From Bugula neritina (taxonomy: Eukaryota; Animalia; Bryozoa), in assembly GCA_964035545.1 (NCBI GenBank), contig OZ037769.1, positions 1,736,001 to 1,800,000 on the forward strand: 64,000 bases of DNA, in the 5' to 3' direction. How positions within the stretch are numbered: the first letter of the stretch is position 1; each line of letters opens with the position of its first letter. Below the pieces are notes generated by a model. The model did not search any database, was not told where the DNA came from, and worked only from the letters and a program-made list of their open reading frames with translations. Positions 1 through 13,508 of the stretch are shown here, piece after piece. A program made the position numbers and the translations under genes.

Positions 1-1249
1 AACATTTTCCATTCAGCTATAAAACTACCACAGAGCTGTTCTCTCAATGTTATCAGGTTAAGATCGTCAGACTAACCATCCACAAAAAGACCTTGTTTAG
101 TAAAGAGTGCGTTAGGCTATTTTAGATTTTATTGACATGCAATAACATTTTCCATTAACATTTGGGTACATATTTTTATGGTGATGAATCTTGTTAGTGC
201 AGATAAACTTTTAGAGAATGATTTACAAGGATCATTCTATATAGCATCTAATAGCGCACACTAACTGACATTTACTGAAATTCATTTATTGCCTGTAATA
301 CTGCAAGTTTATAACTGAAGCAATATAATTAGCAAGACACGCAGTTGTTCCTTACAACAAGCGTATACTGGCAGTAATTGATTGACAGCAAACTTTTGTC
401 TTCATTGCCAACTGATTTTTCAGTTCAATTTTCCTCTAATTTGTGACTAGCGAGAGCATGTGCTCTATTTCTATCATAAACAAACTGCTCACTGCTAGAT
501 ATCTCTGTCCAACAAAGTCCAGGCACATAATATCACTAATAAAACTATTTACTAATGAGAAAAATGAGTTACTAATCAATTATATTTGCATTTAGGTCTT
601 GTCTGTCACTAAAGACTTATTTTGATGATATAATAGACTTTACTCTCAGTAGTCATTTGAAAAACAGGGTCCTTGCAAAATAGAAATCCTGAAAAACATT
701 CAGCAAACTTGATAACTTATGGAAAATTTGTTGTGAGGGCTTTTCAGCATGTAGATAGCCTGGCCATACTTTGAATAGCTTTATTTTGCTGACTGTGCAA
801 AGTTTTCCCTGTCGGCCTATTTAACAATAATATGTTACTTGTGGCATTTCAGTACATAAAGCTATTTGAGTCTTAATGCCTATAATTAGATCCGAGAAAA
901 AAAATGATGCATTTTTAAAAGAGATTTTACACCTACTAGACTTCAGGTTGGTGTAAATAATATATATGTAAGAAAAATCAGAACATTTTTATTGAAAGTA
1001 TTTTACTAAATTTAGATTTGGTTTAAAGCCTGCAAATAGAAACTTACAATGCATTTAATAATTAGCATTAATTAGTCTATGGTGGCTAATTAGCATTAAA
1101 ATGATTTAATCCATATCACTTTGTGGTCATTGATAATGATGACCTGGTAGAAATAATCTAACCACAGTTTTCCTACTATTTGAAAGGCTTAGATGGGGGG
1201 GGTTCTGCCCAGACTCCTATACTGTTAGGCAAGGAGACACTAGTTACAA

Positions 1250-1323
1250 TACACTATACACTACACACTACACACTATACACACACACACACACACACAC
1301 ACTATACACTACACACTATACAC

Positions 1324-1353
<30 letters not shown>
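1250..1353. repeat. Interrupted (CA)n microsatellite with ACACTA/ACACT variants
   Basis: Direct reading; explains the HT-repeat ORF at 1180..1389. Confidence 0.9.
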
Positions 1354-1354
<1 letters not shown>

Positions 1355-2243
1355 ATGCAATATTGCTTACTTTATTAAATAAGACCTAAACCCCCACCCC
1401 ATTACCTCAAAGTTAAGTTAAGCCTGAAAAGAACATGATATGTAACTTGGGACAGTTTAAGCTCAGATATAGTCTTTTTGCTGCCTCTCAATTTGTAGTG
1501 TAAGTGGATATACTAACTTCTAAAGCAGCAAATAAGTTTGAAAAGTTTGAAAAACCGACCTACTTCATCTGCATACTAACTGGCCAACTCTAAGGGCTTA
1601 TATCTCCCCTTTTCTGTTTGTCTCAATTATCATCAAGTCTGATAAGTGAGCAGTTGGTATTCAAATGGATGTCAACTTTACTGAAACCCGAATCATATTT
1701 TCTCCTAAATGTAAACATATTTTCATAAGAATTTAAAGTCATGCCAGCAAGGTTGTAAGCAAGCTACTGTGTCATTGTGTATTTGAGATCATCCCTGAAT
1801 GACATGTTAAACTATTTGCACTAAATATCAAATATCATTTCTACGGATACCGTCTGCACTCTAGCACGTCTGCAGCCGCATTAGTCCCACTCACTCACCA
1901 TCACAATGTCATCCACATTGACTCAAATTTCTGTCCCCTCCAGTCTGGCTCATGACAATTGATTTTAGATGTCACTCATTTTCAAATACTGATTGAAGGC
2001 TTGCACAATGGAAATTCCCTCATTGGTGCGCACAGCACTTCCCTAATTGGTTGAGAGATTTCTAAGCCTGCTACCGTTAATTTGATAAGTTCAGAACCTG
2101 CTTGTTTGTAATCACAGGCCAAACTGCCTATCATAAGAGTGACAGGCTTATTGTTCATAGCGAGTATATAAGCACTTCATCTATTAGCACTTGTCTATTA
2201 CGAGTTACATTTCTGTAGAAATAGGCAACCAAATCTGAAGAAA

Positions 2244-5200
2244 ATGAGTGTTCACTATCTAGTATTTCTAATATCTGTGAGCGTATGGAGTATATCTGGA
2301 CAGAGTCCTCAGGGGCTACAGTGCGAGTCCATACGGATCTCAATGTGCACGTCCATGCCGTGGAATCTAACTCAGATGCCTAACCTTATGGGTCAAAGTT
2401 CACAACAAAACGCTATGCTGAAAATCGAGGAATATGAACCATTAGGTATGTCTTTAAACTTTGCTTATTGTAGTTGTCTTTATATATTCTTCTAACCTAA
2501 ATTTGTTTATGTTTTGGCAGTTTTAATTTAAGATTTGCAATACCTAGTTTAAGAATTATCAGTCCTTAATTTTCATTTAAACTTTACACATAATGTTTCG
2601 CAAAATTTAGGTGTTCAGGTATATATAATATTAATATAGTTGGCTAATAAACTATATTTCCCTTCTAAATAGTTTTTTTCATGGTATGCAGCTTACAGCA
2701 TATACTATTCAATTGTATATTTTCTTTTTTTCCTGTAAAAAAGCTCATTTAGCATATTTAGATATGCAGCGTTTAAATGCTACTTTTCTGGAGAAAAATA
2801 TGACAATGCATTAACAGGGGAAAGCAATAGGTGTTAGATAAACCTCAAGGCTGGCAAGTCATTCATTGATATTGTAGTTAACTTCTCTAAAACATGGCAT
2901 ACAAATTGACACAGTAACACGCACTAGCAGTGCGAGTAACCCTATCGGTAGCTACAGTGAGACCCAGGCCACTCTTTGGCTTGTGAGGGAGAGACTAACC
3001 ACAAGCCAGCTATAATTCTTATATTCCGAGATCTATTATTGTTAGAATAACTACTCAGTCCAGTGTCAAGTATTGTGTGAATTAATTAGCGTGTCAGAGA
3101 TAAAAATAATTATGGCAAACTTCCTTAAAACCCAAACTGAGTATTATCACTGAGTGGTTGGCATGTTTAGTGGAGGACCAGCAACATTGATTACGGGAGG
3201 GTGACAGACGTAACATTAAGTTTAAACATTAAATCAGAATTATGCAGTTGATATGGTAAATAAAATTAATGATGTCTTATCCTTGAAAGCATTAGTTTCT
3301 GCTCATACGTAGTGAAGTGTATTCATTGGTGCAGCAGTACAACATGGTTTGTTACAGAAATTCAGTATTATTTTAAGCAAACATCATATATATGTCTATA
3401 CATATACATCATAAAGTATGTAGTTTAATAACTTGTTAGTGATTATTATTTGATTTTTTGATTCTATTTATTCAAAAGCTGCTAAAAACAAAATCTCTCT
3501 GTGTAAAAGTCTAGGGCCTACATTGATACTTAATAATTTAACTTCCTTCCACAGTAGTGATGGCCGGATATTGTGTAATATCATAAATATCTTTCTTGTT
3601 TACATTATAAGTGCATCAGCTGCCAGACAAAAGCAGTAAAAATATTACAACAAACAATTTAATTAGAATGACAGAAATGCAAACAGTTTAAATGGATTTA
3701 TTAAGGAAGACAAGTGGCTATAAATTCATCATGTTTTATATCTCACTGTACTGATAGGTGTATTTGTATACAAATTTTTTGGGTACTATCAGCTTCGTAT
3801 CTGCAGGATCTAAGAGTGACATATACATCACATCTGACACTCTGTCAATGACATGTGACTGCATGTCACTCAAAACAACAACCTGTTCGAAGTGTCTACT
3901 TCAGCATGGTTGCTATAATCATCAGCCAATTATTTATTTCAAGAGCTTTGAGTCTCTCAACTCAGTTTATTAAAGTGCAGTTGGTGCAAAATGGAGACAA
4001 AATGTTTTCACTTTGATTTGACTTTGTAATCTATATAGCATCTGACATCCATTTATCTAATTTAAAGATGTTTAAATTTTTAGCAGTTAGCAAAAAAGTG
4101 ATGAAACTAAAATGTATAGCAAGCCGACCACACACAATGCATGTAATACTTTCTAACTGGTATAACAGTTTAGTTGCAACATTTGTTACTATAAGTTAAT
4201 TATAATGATGATGTCCTAAAATAAATATTGCTAGCCCACAGCATTTTGTTTTCTGTTTCAGTTTACGACAACTGCAGTGCGAACACGGACTTCTTCTTGT
4301 GCTCGTTATTCGCCCCAATTTGTACGACCAACTTCCAAACAAACCCGATCCCGCCGTGCCGAGAGGTGTGCCGACAAGTGAGACAAGACTGTGAGCCTCT
4401 GATCATCAGCAAATACAACAAAACTTGGCCAGCTGACATAAACTGTGACGACTTCCCGACCTATGACAATGGAGTGTGTGTGTCACCTCAGGCTATTCAG
4501 GCAGAAAGCACTGAGCCAAGTCAAGGTTAGAAGAGAATTCGTACTTGAAGATGATTGGTTGAAACTTTGTTTAGTGTGAAATAACCTAACGGAACACAAT
4601 AATTAGCTAAAAGTATTTATTTTGTAGAATGCTAAACTGGTGACAAAGTATTTTGTTTAATTATTTGTTAGGTATTTGCTAAAACAAACGTGACAATTCA
4701 AAAAAAAATTTAATATATTAAGTTTACATGACTCTCATAAATTTATAGAAGATAAACGAGAAAGAAAAACGAAAAGCTGTAACTGTAAGAAGAAGTCCAA
4801 GCTTCACATGAGGAGATACATTCAGTCAAACTTTGCATACGGTAAGGCAGTGACAGTGTAATTTGTCTTGTGAATCATATGGAATTTTGTTGTCTCAAAA
4901 CATCAACAGAATAGTTATGAATATAGAGCTAGTGTATTGAGATCATATTAGAAGTCTGTTGACCTAATTATATTATTTAAATATTATACATTGGAGCAGT
5001 TCTGATAATACTATCATATTATCAATCGTGATACATATTGTGACACATATTATTGTGACACAAATCATGACACTTTATTGTGACACCTACTGTGACACAT
5101 ATTGTGACACATAGTGTGATGCATATCTTTATACTTATGGTGATACATAGTATGGTGACACACATTCTTGTGACACATATCATGACACATTATTGTGGCA

Positions 5201-7583
5201 CCTACTGTGACATAATTATACTATAACATAGTGTGACACATAGTGTGTTATTATGTCATTAGTTAATTTAATACGTTCTAAAACGCATATATACTACATT
5301 TATGTTAGAAAAAACTTAAGTTCTGAAACGTTGTTCACCACATGGTGCTAGACAAATGAACACAGCCAAGTTAAAGAGTTAGCACGGGGGAGGGGGGAGG
5401 GGGGTGATTTTAGATAAACATGAGTATTCCTGTAAGTTTGTCCTGTTGATTTGTTTAAAATTTAAGACTTTGTTAATACCTGAACAAATCATGGCCCTCT
5501 CTTGAAGCGTCCCTAGAAATGTGGGCAGTGAAGTTTGTGACATGTGGGATGTATATTGATTTTACCACAATTATGGGGTGTATTCATTCTTTATAGTATT
5601 GGGACCGGAATCTTTAGTTATCTTGATTTATTGCCATCATATAAATTGGCCTTAAATTATAATAACATCAGCCCATGCCTAAAATGAGTAGCTCTATATC
5701 TCTATGAAGCTCTTCTTGAGATTGCTTCGCTAAACTTTTTTCATTGTTTTTTTCAACTTGACCATCTTTACAATATACTTTTATAGTTTTAACTGCATTT
5801 ATACACTTCTCACTACATTCATGCACGAATTTGTCACTATTTATACATCTACAATTCTATGAAGCTAGGACTTCTCAAATCTCTCCAGCTAAATCCTTAG
5901 ACATTGCTTTTGCTAAATAAATTCAAATCACAATTGGAATAGCAAATACCTTTACCAGCTTTTAGACAACAAGATAACAATAAAAATCTGAAGCACAGAT
6001 TTTAAGTGAAGAAACATTTTATTTCATCAACATAGTCTTTAAAACATTGTAAATAAAAAGAAATTGACCCTGAGGCGCAATAGCCTAGGCTAGTAGAAGG
6101 TTGCATATTGCTATAGTGATTTTATCTCTATATCATGTGAAGTATTTCATGTCTTGCAGTCATCAGAGCTAAAGTAGAAGGAACTCGGCTCATCAGCAAC
6201 GACTTCATCATGTCCCTCAATATAAAAGCAATTCTAAAGAATCGCTCTACTCTTAGACTGAGAGCCAATGAAACTTTGATACTGTGGGCAGAGGGTGGCC
6301 GGTGCCAGGCTACGTGCCCCACCGTTAGAAAGAAAAAAGAGTATATCATAGCGTGCAATAAAAGAATAGACTCAAATGGTAGACTTATATTCGACAAGAG
6401 CGAATGTATGCTTTCAAGATGGAAGGATGAGTTCTCAGATACAATATTGGTAAGTAGAATATTCTTTAAGAGAAATGCTTTAAGGTTATGTGATGTCATA
6501 TTACATTCAGCCCAGCCCACTGTTCAATAGGAATAAAGACAATAATAGTATTCAAAATAGTTATACAAATAACAACAATAGCTATCATAGTGTTTAAAAC
6601 AAAACAATTGAAGTGTTTTAATAACATTATTTTTCTTATAAAACTGCTTGTATCGCAATAATAAAATGTGAAATTTAATTATAATTCTTTCACAACAAGC
6701 CATAAAAAATGGTTGGCATGAAAGCTTAATTGATAGCCTAATGCCATCTAGGCAAGTCTAGGTCTTAGGGAAAAGATATGAGTAACTCAAGTAGGCACAT
6801 ATGGGAAAGCACTGGTCCCACCTTAGACATGTGTGGTTGAAACAGGATAAACAGGTTGAAGCACTTGTCACCCCCAAACTGACAAGTGTCAAACTGTATG
6901 AATTTCCTTGACAGGTATGAGCGTGTGCTTCTTGCCATTCCTAAAAGATATGTATGATATAACCTGTTGATAAGTGTCATGTTAAGATTGCCTCAATAAT
7001 CGTAAATTTTTATGCACGTATTTACTATATTTCACACGAGAATTCAAAAAGAAATTCTTAGTATGTATGCTATGATCTATATTTGGTTTTGACATATGAC
7101 AATTTGGCATAGCAGTGACTTTGACAATCCAAATTAGATTGTTTGGTTTCCCTTTACTTATTTATGACATATTTGGTAGCACAATAACATGTCACAGTAT
7201 CTTATCTTTCCGCCTCACTAACTTCACACTGAAAAGGATTTATTTGGATTTAAATGCTTATTGCTTATAAGAAGGAGGACAAAAGTCAGTAGGTGGAAAC
7301 ATGTGTACTCAAGTTAACTGTACCCGATTCACAGATACAGTATTCTCTTCTTCTATTGATATAAACTTTGCTTTCGGTTTATTTTACATTCAACTTTGTG
7401 GAGTTGCTCACTTTTCCTTTGTGTAGAGACCAAAGTTATCTTCTCAGCACATGATTATAATATATTACATGTTTTCACTTGCAGATTTGGGAAACGCTTC
7501 TCAGACTACCAGAAATGGCCCGAAATCAAGAGTTTCGAAAGCTAAGACATGGTCGAAAGTTTTCTTCCCCTGAAAGGTACTGA
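2244..7583 (+). CDS. FRZB: Secreted frizzled-related protein 3/4 (FRZB-like), 5 exons, ~315 aa
   Basis: Exons 2244-2445, 4262-4525, 4749-4841, 6160-6449, 7485-7583, all GT-AG and in frame. Signal peptide; Frizzled CRD with 10 Cys (CESIRISMC..MPWNLTQMPN..FFLCSLFAPIC..PPCREVC..WP..INC..GVCVSP); netrin domain (CNCKK..YVIRAKV..CQATCP..SRWKDEFSDTILIWE) typical of sFRP3/4; no 7TM region. Confidence 0.92.
5027..5245. repeat. Degenerate intronic minisatellite, ~12-15 bp unit TTGTGACACATA
   Basis: Many variants of (T)GTGACAC(A) in sFRP intron 3. Confidence 0.8.
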
Positions 7584-8433
7584 CAAAACTGATACTATAC
7601 TACTGGTGTGTGCGGTGTGCCTGTAATGCATGTGATTTGGGCGTATATCATGTGAAGTCATATGCTATGTATGTAGTGTATTTTTTAAGAAAACCTTATA
7701 ATTGTTATTTAACCTGAAAGCATTAGAAAACATTGTTTACCATTTTTAATATATTTTGTCAAACCTACATAATAGCTTTAGTTCATACAGAAAAGAGGAC
7801 AACTTCAAATATATAAACGTACTATTGTTTTGACGGTTAGAGAGTGACAGTGGGTGATGATAAAGCATACAAATGGTGATGAAATTGTCTTTAAAGTTGG
7901 TGAAGTACTGCATTCTACGTGTCCTAAGACTTCTGGCATAGTGGAGCAGCCATCCACCCAAACGTTCATCTTTTTCTGGCATAAGAACAGCAGCTATACC
8001 GCAGTATCTTCATATTTAGCCACTTAAGGTTATCAACACTCACAATATTGTATTGTATATAGCATATAGTATATGTAAAATTTATATAATCAGTATATAT
8101 CACCAGCATTGACACTACAGGTGATATAGCTACACTATATAATGTTTCAAACATGGATATATTATTTTATTAAGCGAACATTTATTTAACATTTCTTCCA
8201 GAGCAAACGGATATTTATTTTTCCAACATTTAGACATTTCTTAAACGTGATTTATAGAACTTCAAAAATATACGAGTCAATTATTTCTTTTTGTTATTTT
8301 TTATTTGCATTATAGCTTTTGTATTGTACAAGTTATTGTTATTTAGTCTGTCTATAGATGTATGTGTACATAAATTAAATCAGTTGGAAATATATTATTA
8401 TATGTACTAAACATTTCAATAATGCATATAACG

Positions 8434-8438
<5 letters not shown>

Positions 8439-8520
<82 letters not shown>

Positions 8521-8942
8521 ACGCACACGCACACGCACACGCACACGCACACGCACACGCACACGCACGCACACGCACGCACACGCACGCACACGCACGC
8601 ACACGCACGCACACGCACGCACACGCACGCACACGCACGCACACGCACGCACACGCACGCACACGCACGCACACGCACGCACACGCACGCACACGCACGC
8701 ACACGCACGCACACGCACGCACACGCACGCACACGCACGCACACGCACGCACACGCACGCACACGCACGCACACGCACGCACACGCACGCACACGCACGC
8801 ACACGCACGCACACGCACGCACACGCACGCACACGCACGCACACGCACGCACACGCACGCACACGCACGCACACGCACGCACACGCACGCACACGCACGC
8901 ACACGCACGCACACGCACGCGCACGCACACACACGCACACAC
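8439..8942. repeat. Compound microsatellite (CA)n-(CACACG)n-(CACACGCACG)n
   Basis: Direct reading; ~500 bp of uninterrupted purine-pyrimidine alternation; source of four spurious ORFs. Confidence 0.97.
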
Positions 8943-9835
8943 ATACTTAATGTCCTCATTAATTCCTATTGTTTATATCAATTGACAATATTAGTGTTTA
9001 TTACAAATGTTACTGCTAAATACACAACCCAAACCTCATGCCAATCGAAGGTTCATTACAACACTGAGATATAACTATGATCAAACTTTAATGTTCATTA
9101 CATGCATACATTGTGTAATTCAGCAAATCAATTAAGATGCTTATTAAAAGCTCTCAATTGTGTGCATAATGCAAAACAAATCGTATCATATTATAGAGCT
9201 GGACTATATACGTGTATCATCGTGTCAAATGTCTTCCATGTGACTTTTTATAGCTACACGCAAACAGAATTGAGTTTTGATTAGAAATTTCAAAACAGTG
9301 TTATCTAACAGTGGTGACCTGTTAGTATAGGCTTAGTTGTTATATTAAATGCATTCAAATGTTTTACCTAATAATTTTAAGTTTTTTAAACATAAACTAA
9401 ACATTATATTACAAAATACAACAAAATATAACTACTATAAAACATTTACTCAGAATGCTGTGCACAAATTATTGTTTTTACTTTATATTCAAGAGTTATA
9501 CTCTCTCTATAAACTAAGTCTTGCTAAGACGCCACGCAGATTTAACTAATTTAAAATATAATATGCCGTTGTCAATTTGTGTTAAGTTTTGCAAAACAGC
9601 GATTCAACTTATTATTTGTTTAAATTATGTTTTTCCGTTTCCTATCATATGCAACAAAATAGTTGTTATATAATTATTTTAATAATTATAGCTGTTATTA
9701 TAATTATAATTATAATTATAGGTACAATTTTAATTTCTGAAGCTAATTCATTCTTTTTAAAAAGTTTGATAAAATGGGTTTACCCCAAAATATTTAGCTC
9801 TAAATTACACGATCTTACCTGTTAAAAATCGTATT

Positions 9836-10207
9836 GAAGGTTAATCTTAAAATCAACTTTGACTTTCTCAACCTTACAGTTAGTGTTACAGCAACTGCAA
9901 GTGCAACACTAACTGTTACTGAGTGTTAGTGTTATACTTAATCTTATAATTATAGTTATTGTAACTCATTCACCATGTGACTTACTAACTGTAAGTTTAA
10001 GACTTAGAATAAGTAGTGTAGGTGACACTGACTGTGATTTTGAGTTTGTTAGTGTTTCAGTTCGGCGTTTGATCTTATCATTGTGATTCTGATTCTCACT
10101 CTAGCACAAGCAGTAACAGTAACACTAACTGTAAGTGTAACACTGAAAGTGAATTTGAATAGGAGTAAGACTAAAGGACATAGTAAAGACTAATGTTATA
10201 GCTGTAT
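9836..10207. repeat. Cryptic, highly degenerate 6-bp-periodic tract upstream of NDUFAF5
   Basis: For example acagtt agtgtt acagca actgca agtgca acacta actgtt and agtaac agtaac actaac tgtaag tgtaac actgaa agtgaa tttgaa; boundaries approximate. Confidence 0.55.
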
Positions 10208-10696
10208 ATTTATTCATTATTTATACACAATACTGGCCCAAGAAAGTAAACAGTTTAAGCTATGCCTATTGGACTTGATTTTGCAAGGAAAATATTTCCA
10301 CCTAAATTCTTTATGTAAAAGTAAATGACTGCGTTTTTTTCTAATAATTGCAGTATATTGTGAACACATTGTAAAATTTTTAGTTTAAGGGAAAGTTTTT
10401 GCGTTAGAAATAAAATATTAATTTACAAAGTAAAAAATTAACCTCTGGTTTTTATTATTGTTCATTATAGACCACACATACTATATTTTATAGATCACTT
10501 CAAATTTCAGTAACTCAAACCTGGGCTACAATAATAATTAGATGTTGCTCACTAGTTTTGGTTTTGTCTATGGCTATTGTGTAGTTCAATTTGGAATGAT
10601 CTATTCATTTAAACTTGAACATACATAGATTTTGAAGGCCTTGTTTTGCTCATCTGTTATTCACAATTTTAAAATGTTTGTAGAATCTGTGAAATT

Positions 10697-12769
10697 ATGA
10701 AGCATACATATATTTTACGAACTCACAACATTGTTCGAAGGTGTATGAGGAGCTATTCTATGATGGAAATGAATATATTTGATAGAAAAACAAAGCAGCA
10801 TCAACGTGATGTAATAACTAGAGACCCAAACTACGGACAATATTTTTATTTAAAGGATGAGATTGGATTCAGGGTGTTTGACAGACTCTGTGACGTCAAG
10901 AGAACTTTTGACGTTGCGTTGGATTTAGGATGCGGCTTGGGTCACGTTGCCAGCCACATAACGTCTCTACAACAATTGGTCAATCATCGAATATACATGG
11001 TAGAATCTTCTAGACCTCTTTTAGAAAATGCCAAAACATCAGCCGATGTACCTTGTATCAAAGTTCATTGCGATGAGGAAACATTAGATGACATCCCATT
11101 AGGTGAAAACTCAGTCGACTTGGTCTACTCTAGTCTCAGTTTACACTGGGTCAACAATCTCCCTGGACTATTTAGAAAGGTGCTGACATTGTTGAAACCA
11201 GATGGAGTGTTTATAGCGTCTTTGTTTGGTACTGATACTATATATGAACTGAGAGTTTGCCTCCAACTGGCTGAACAGGAGATTTTAGGTAAGTTTCAAT
11301 TACTCAAGTTTTTGCAGTTTTTTTCTGTACATGTATTAAAAAACTTAAATCATTGCATATGCTATATATGCATTATATGTATCCCAAACAGCATGAATTG
11401 TGATACATGTATAAAAGCAACATATGTTGGTCTTTTTCTGTCAGACTATCATTAGTTACTCTTTTCCTGCATTGTGTATGTCTTAAGACAGCTTGTAATA
11501 ATTATTGACTTTCTTCCCTCCTTTCATGAGTCAGACGCTGCCAATTTTCTCACTGCTGCCAGATAGCCGAATATCTGTTTATTAGTAAAAGTTTGCTTTA
11601 AACACAGAATGTGGTATTAAACATTATCTGTGGAATGTATATAATATTATTATCATACTCTATATCATATATGACATATAATATAGTACTTATTTATATG
11701 TCCTATAGGAGGTGTGTACCCCCATGTGTCTCCTTTTACCACTGTAAGAGATATGGGGGACCTCCTGAACTCTGCTGGCTACACCCTCATCACTCTGGAC
11801 TCAGATGAGCTGGTGGTCAACTACCCTGGTATCTGGGAACTTATGAGAGATCTTAAAGGTATCTGTGAGCTTCCCATATGTGTAGTGTTATACCAAACTA
11901 GCCAGCTATGCATAGCCTGTGCAGACAACAAAAGTTGCTGTATAATATGTGTGCATTTCTATCTTGAGCAGAGTTCAGCTAAAGTTTAGTAAGAATATAA
12001 ATATTATAATGTGTATCCTAGCAACAAGAAGTTTTATCTTAATGTTCCCTCCTAGCTTAAACTATCTTGAATTTGCTTCAGTTGTTTGTTTGTAGCAAAA
12101 CCAATAGAAAATTTCTCCCAACAGTTGCTGTAACCATGATCACTAATGCTCTTTTGAATGATATTAAAAATAGAGCTCTCTCTCTCTCATCAAGTTAATA
12201 TTAATTATAAGTTATTGATTTGTTTGATAAATTATTGGACTCAAACACCAGGTCTCGGCATCATTTATCAACCTTACTCAGTGTTTGACAAGTTGTTGCT
12301 AAACTGATAATTTTTAGGCTCTTTGAGGTTTTTTTTCAAGACAGTTTATTGGTTATTAAAATTTTAAAATTGCTGTATGACTTGGAAACGCAGATTTATA
12401 TTTACTATTATTATTTTTTATTATTTATGCAAATTTGATCAACTTTATTTATACACGTAAACCCAAATCTATATTTGTATATGGGAGTTATGTTCTCTCT
12501 GACTAGGAATGGGAGAAAGCAACTGCTCGTGGTCACGCCCACTAACCTTGAGACGAGATGTCATCAAACGAGCAGAAGAGATCTACAGAGAGAGATATGG
12601 TAACCCGGACGGCTCTATACCCGCCACTTTCTGCATCCTCTCCTTTGTCGGGTGGAAGCCTGACCCCTCCCAACCCAGCCCTGCACAGAGGGGCTCTGGT
12701 ACTGCTTCTATTAAGGAAATCAGTGACTTTGTGACTCAAACCAACCAGAGCTCACCGCCTGAAAGGTGA
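10697..12769 (+). CDS. NDUFAF5: Arginine-hydroxylase NDUFAF5 (mitochondrial complex I assembly factor), 3 exons, ~334 aa
   Basis: Exons 10697-11288, 11709-11858, 12507-12769. Motifs NIFDR..K..QR, YLKDEIG.R..DRL.DVKR.F..ALDLGCG.G, DLVYSSLSLHWVNNLPG, LKPDG.F, ELR..LQLAE.E..GG..PHVSPF, LMRDLKGMGESNC.W.R, IPATF..GWKP..SQP.PA.RGS. Confidence 0.96.
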
Positions 12770-13508
12770 CTCATTCAGACAGGTGCTTGTCTGTCACATT
12801 TGACTTTGGGCATGCCTGGCAAGCACTTGTGGCATGTGTCACCAGGTACTCTCACTTTCAATTCTATACGTACAAACGTGTCAATTCCAGCAGACTCTAG
12901 CAGGTGCTATGAATACTTGACAGGTAAAAAAATGAACTTTAAGCTAAACTTTCTAAATGTTTTTACAAAGCTTATTTGTTTCACCACCGCCTTACCATTT
13001 TTTAAAACTTTTAAATTTATATCTGAGACAGAACACTATCTTAATTTTTAACTTTTTATTAGTTATTTTGCTGTTGTGTGAGTGAACTGCTGTTGTCTTC
13101 ACTACCTGTGAATGTAGATCAAAATATAAAGAGAATATTCGGGTTACTGTAGCTTCTCTTCTAGTTTTGTGTTGCCTGAGATGTACTACTAGCTTAAACA
13201 CTTGTATTCGACTTCTAATTGATCACAGGCTAACATTTGGTAGCCGACCTTGTATGACTTTCTAAGGTGTTGCTATAATGCACTATACCTCATTTAGAAG
13301 TCGTCTACTCTTGTATTTATCTATCAGTGTATGCGAAATCATGTGTTGGTCACACGAGCTTTTTCAGAGTTATTTTCATATGACTTTATTCCATCTTTCA
13401 TACAAATCACAATATCTCAGATTTTCTTGCATTCAGAACAGAGTTTTCTACCCTTTATCAACAATCCTGAAATCATTGCTGTCTACATATGAGTTATCAC
13501 CCCCATTT

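Noticed and set aside
8352-8985. Four long ORFs (CVCVRVRA / HTHAHART)
   Set aside because: Translations of a stop-free microsatellite.
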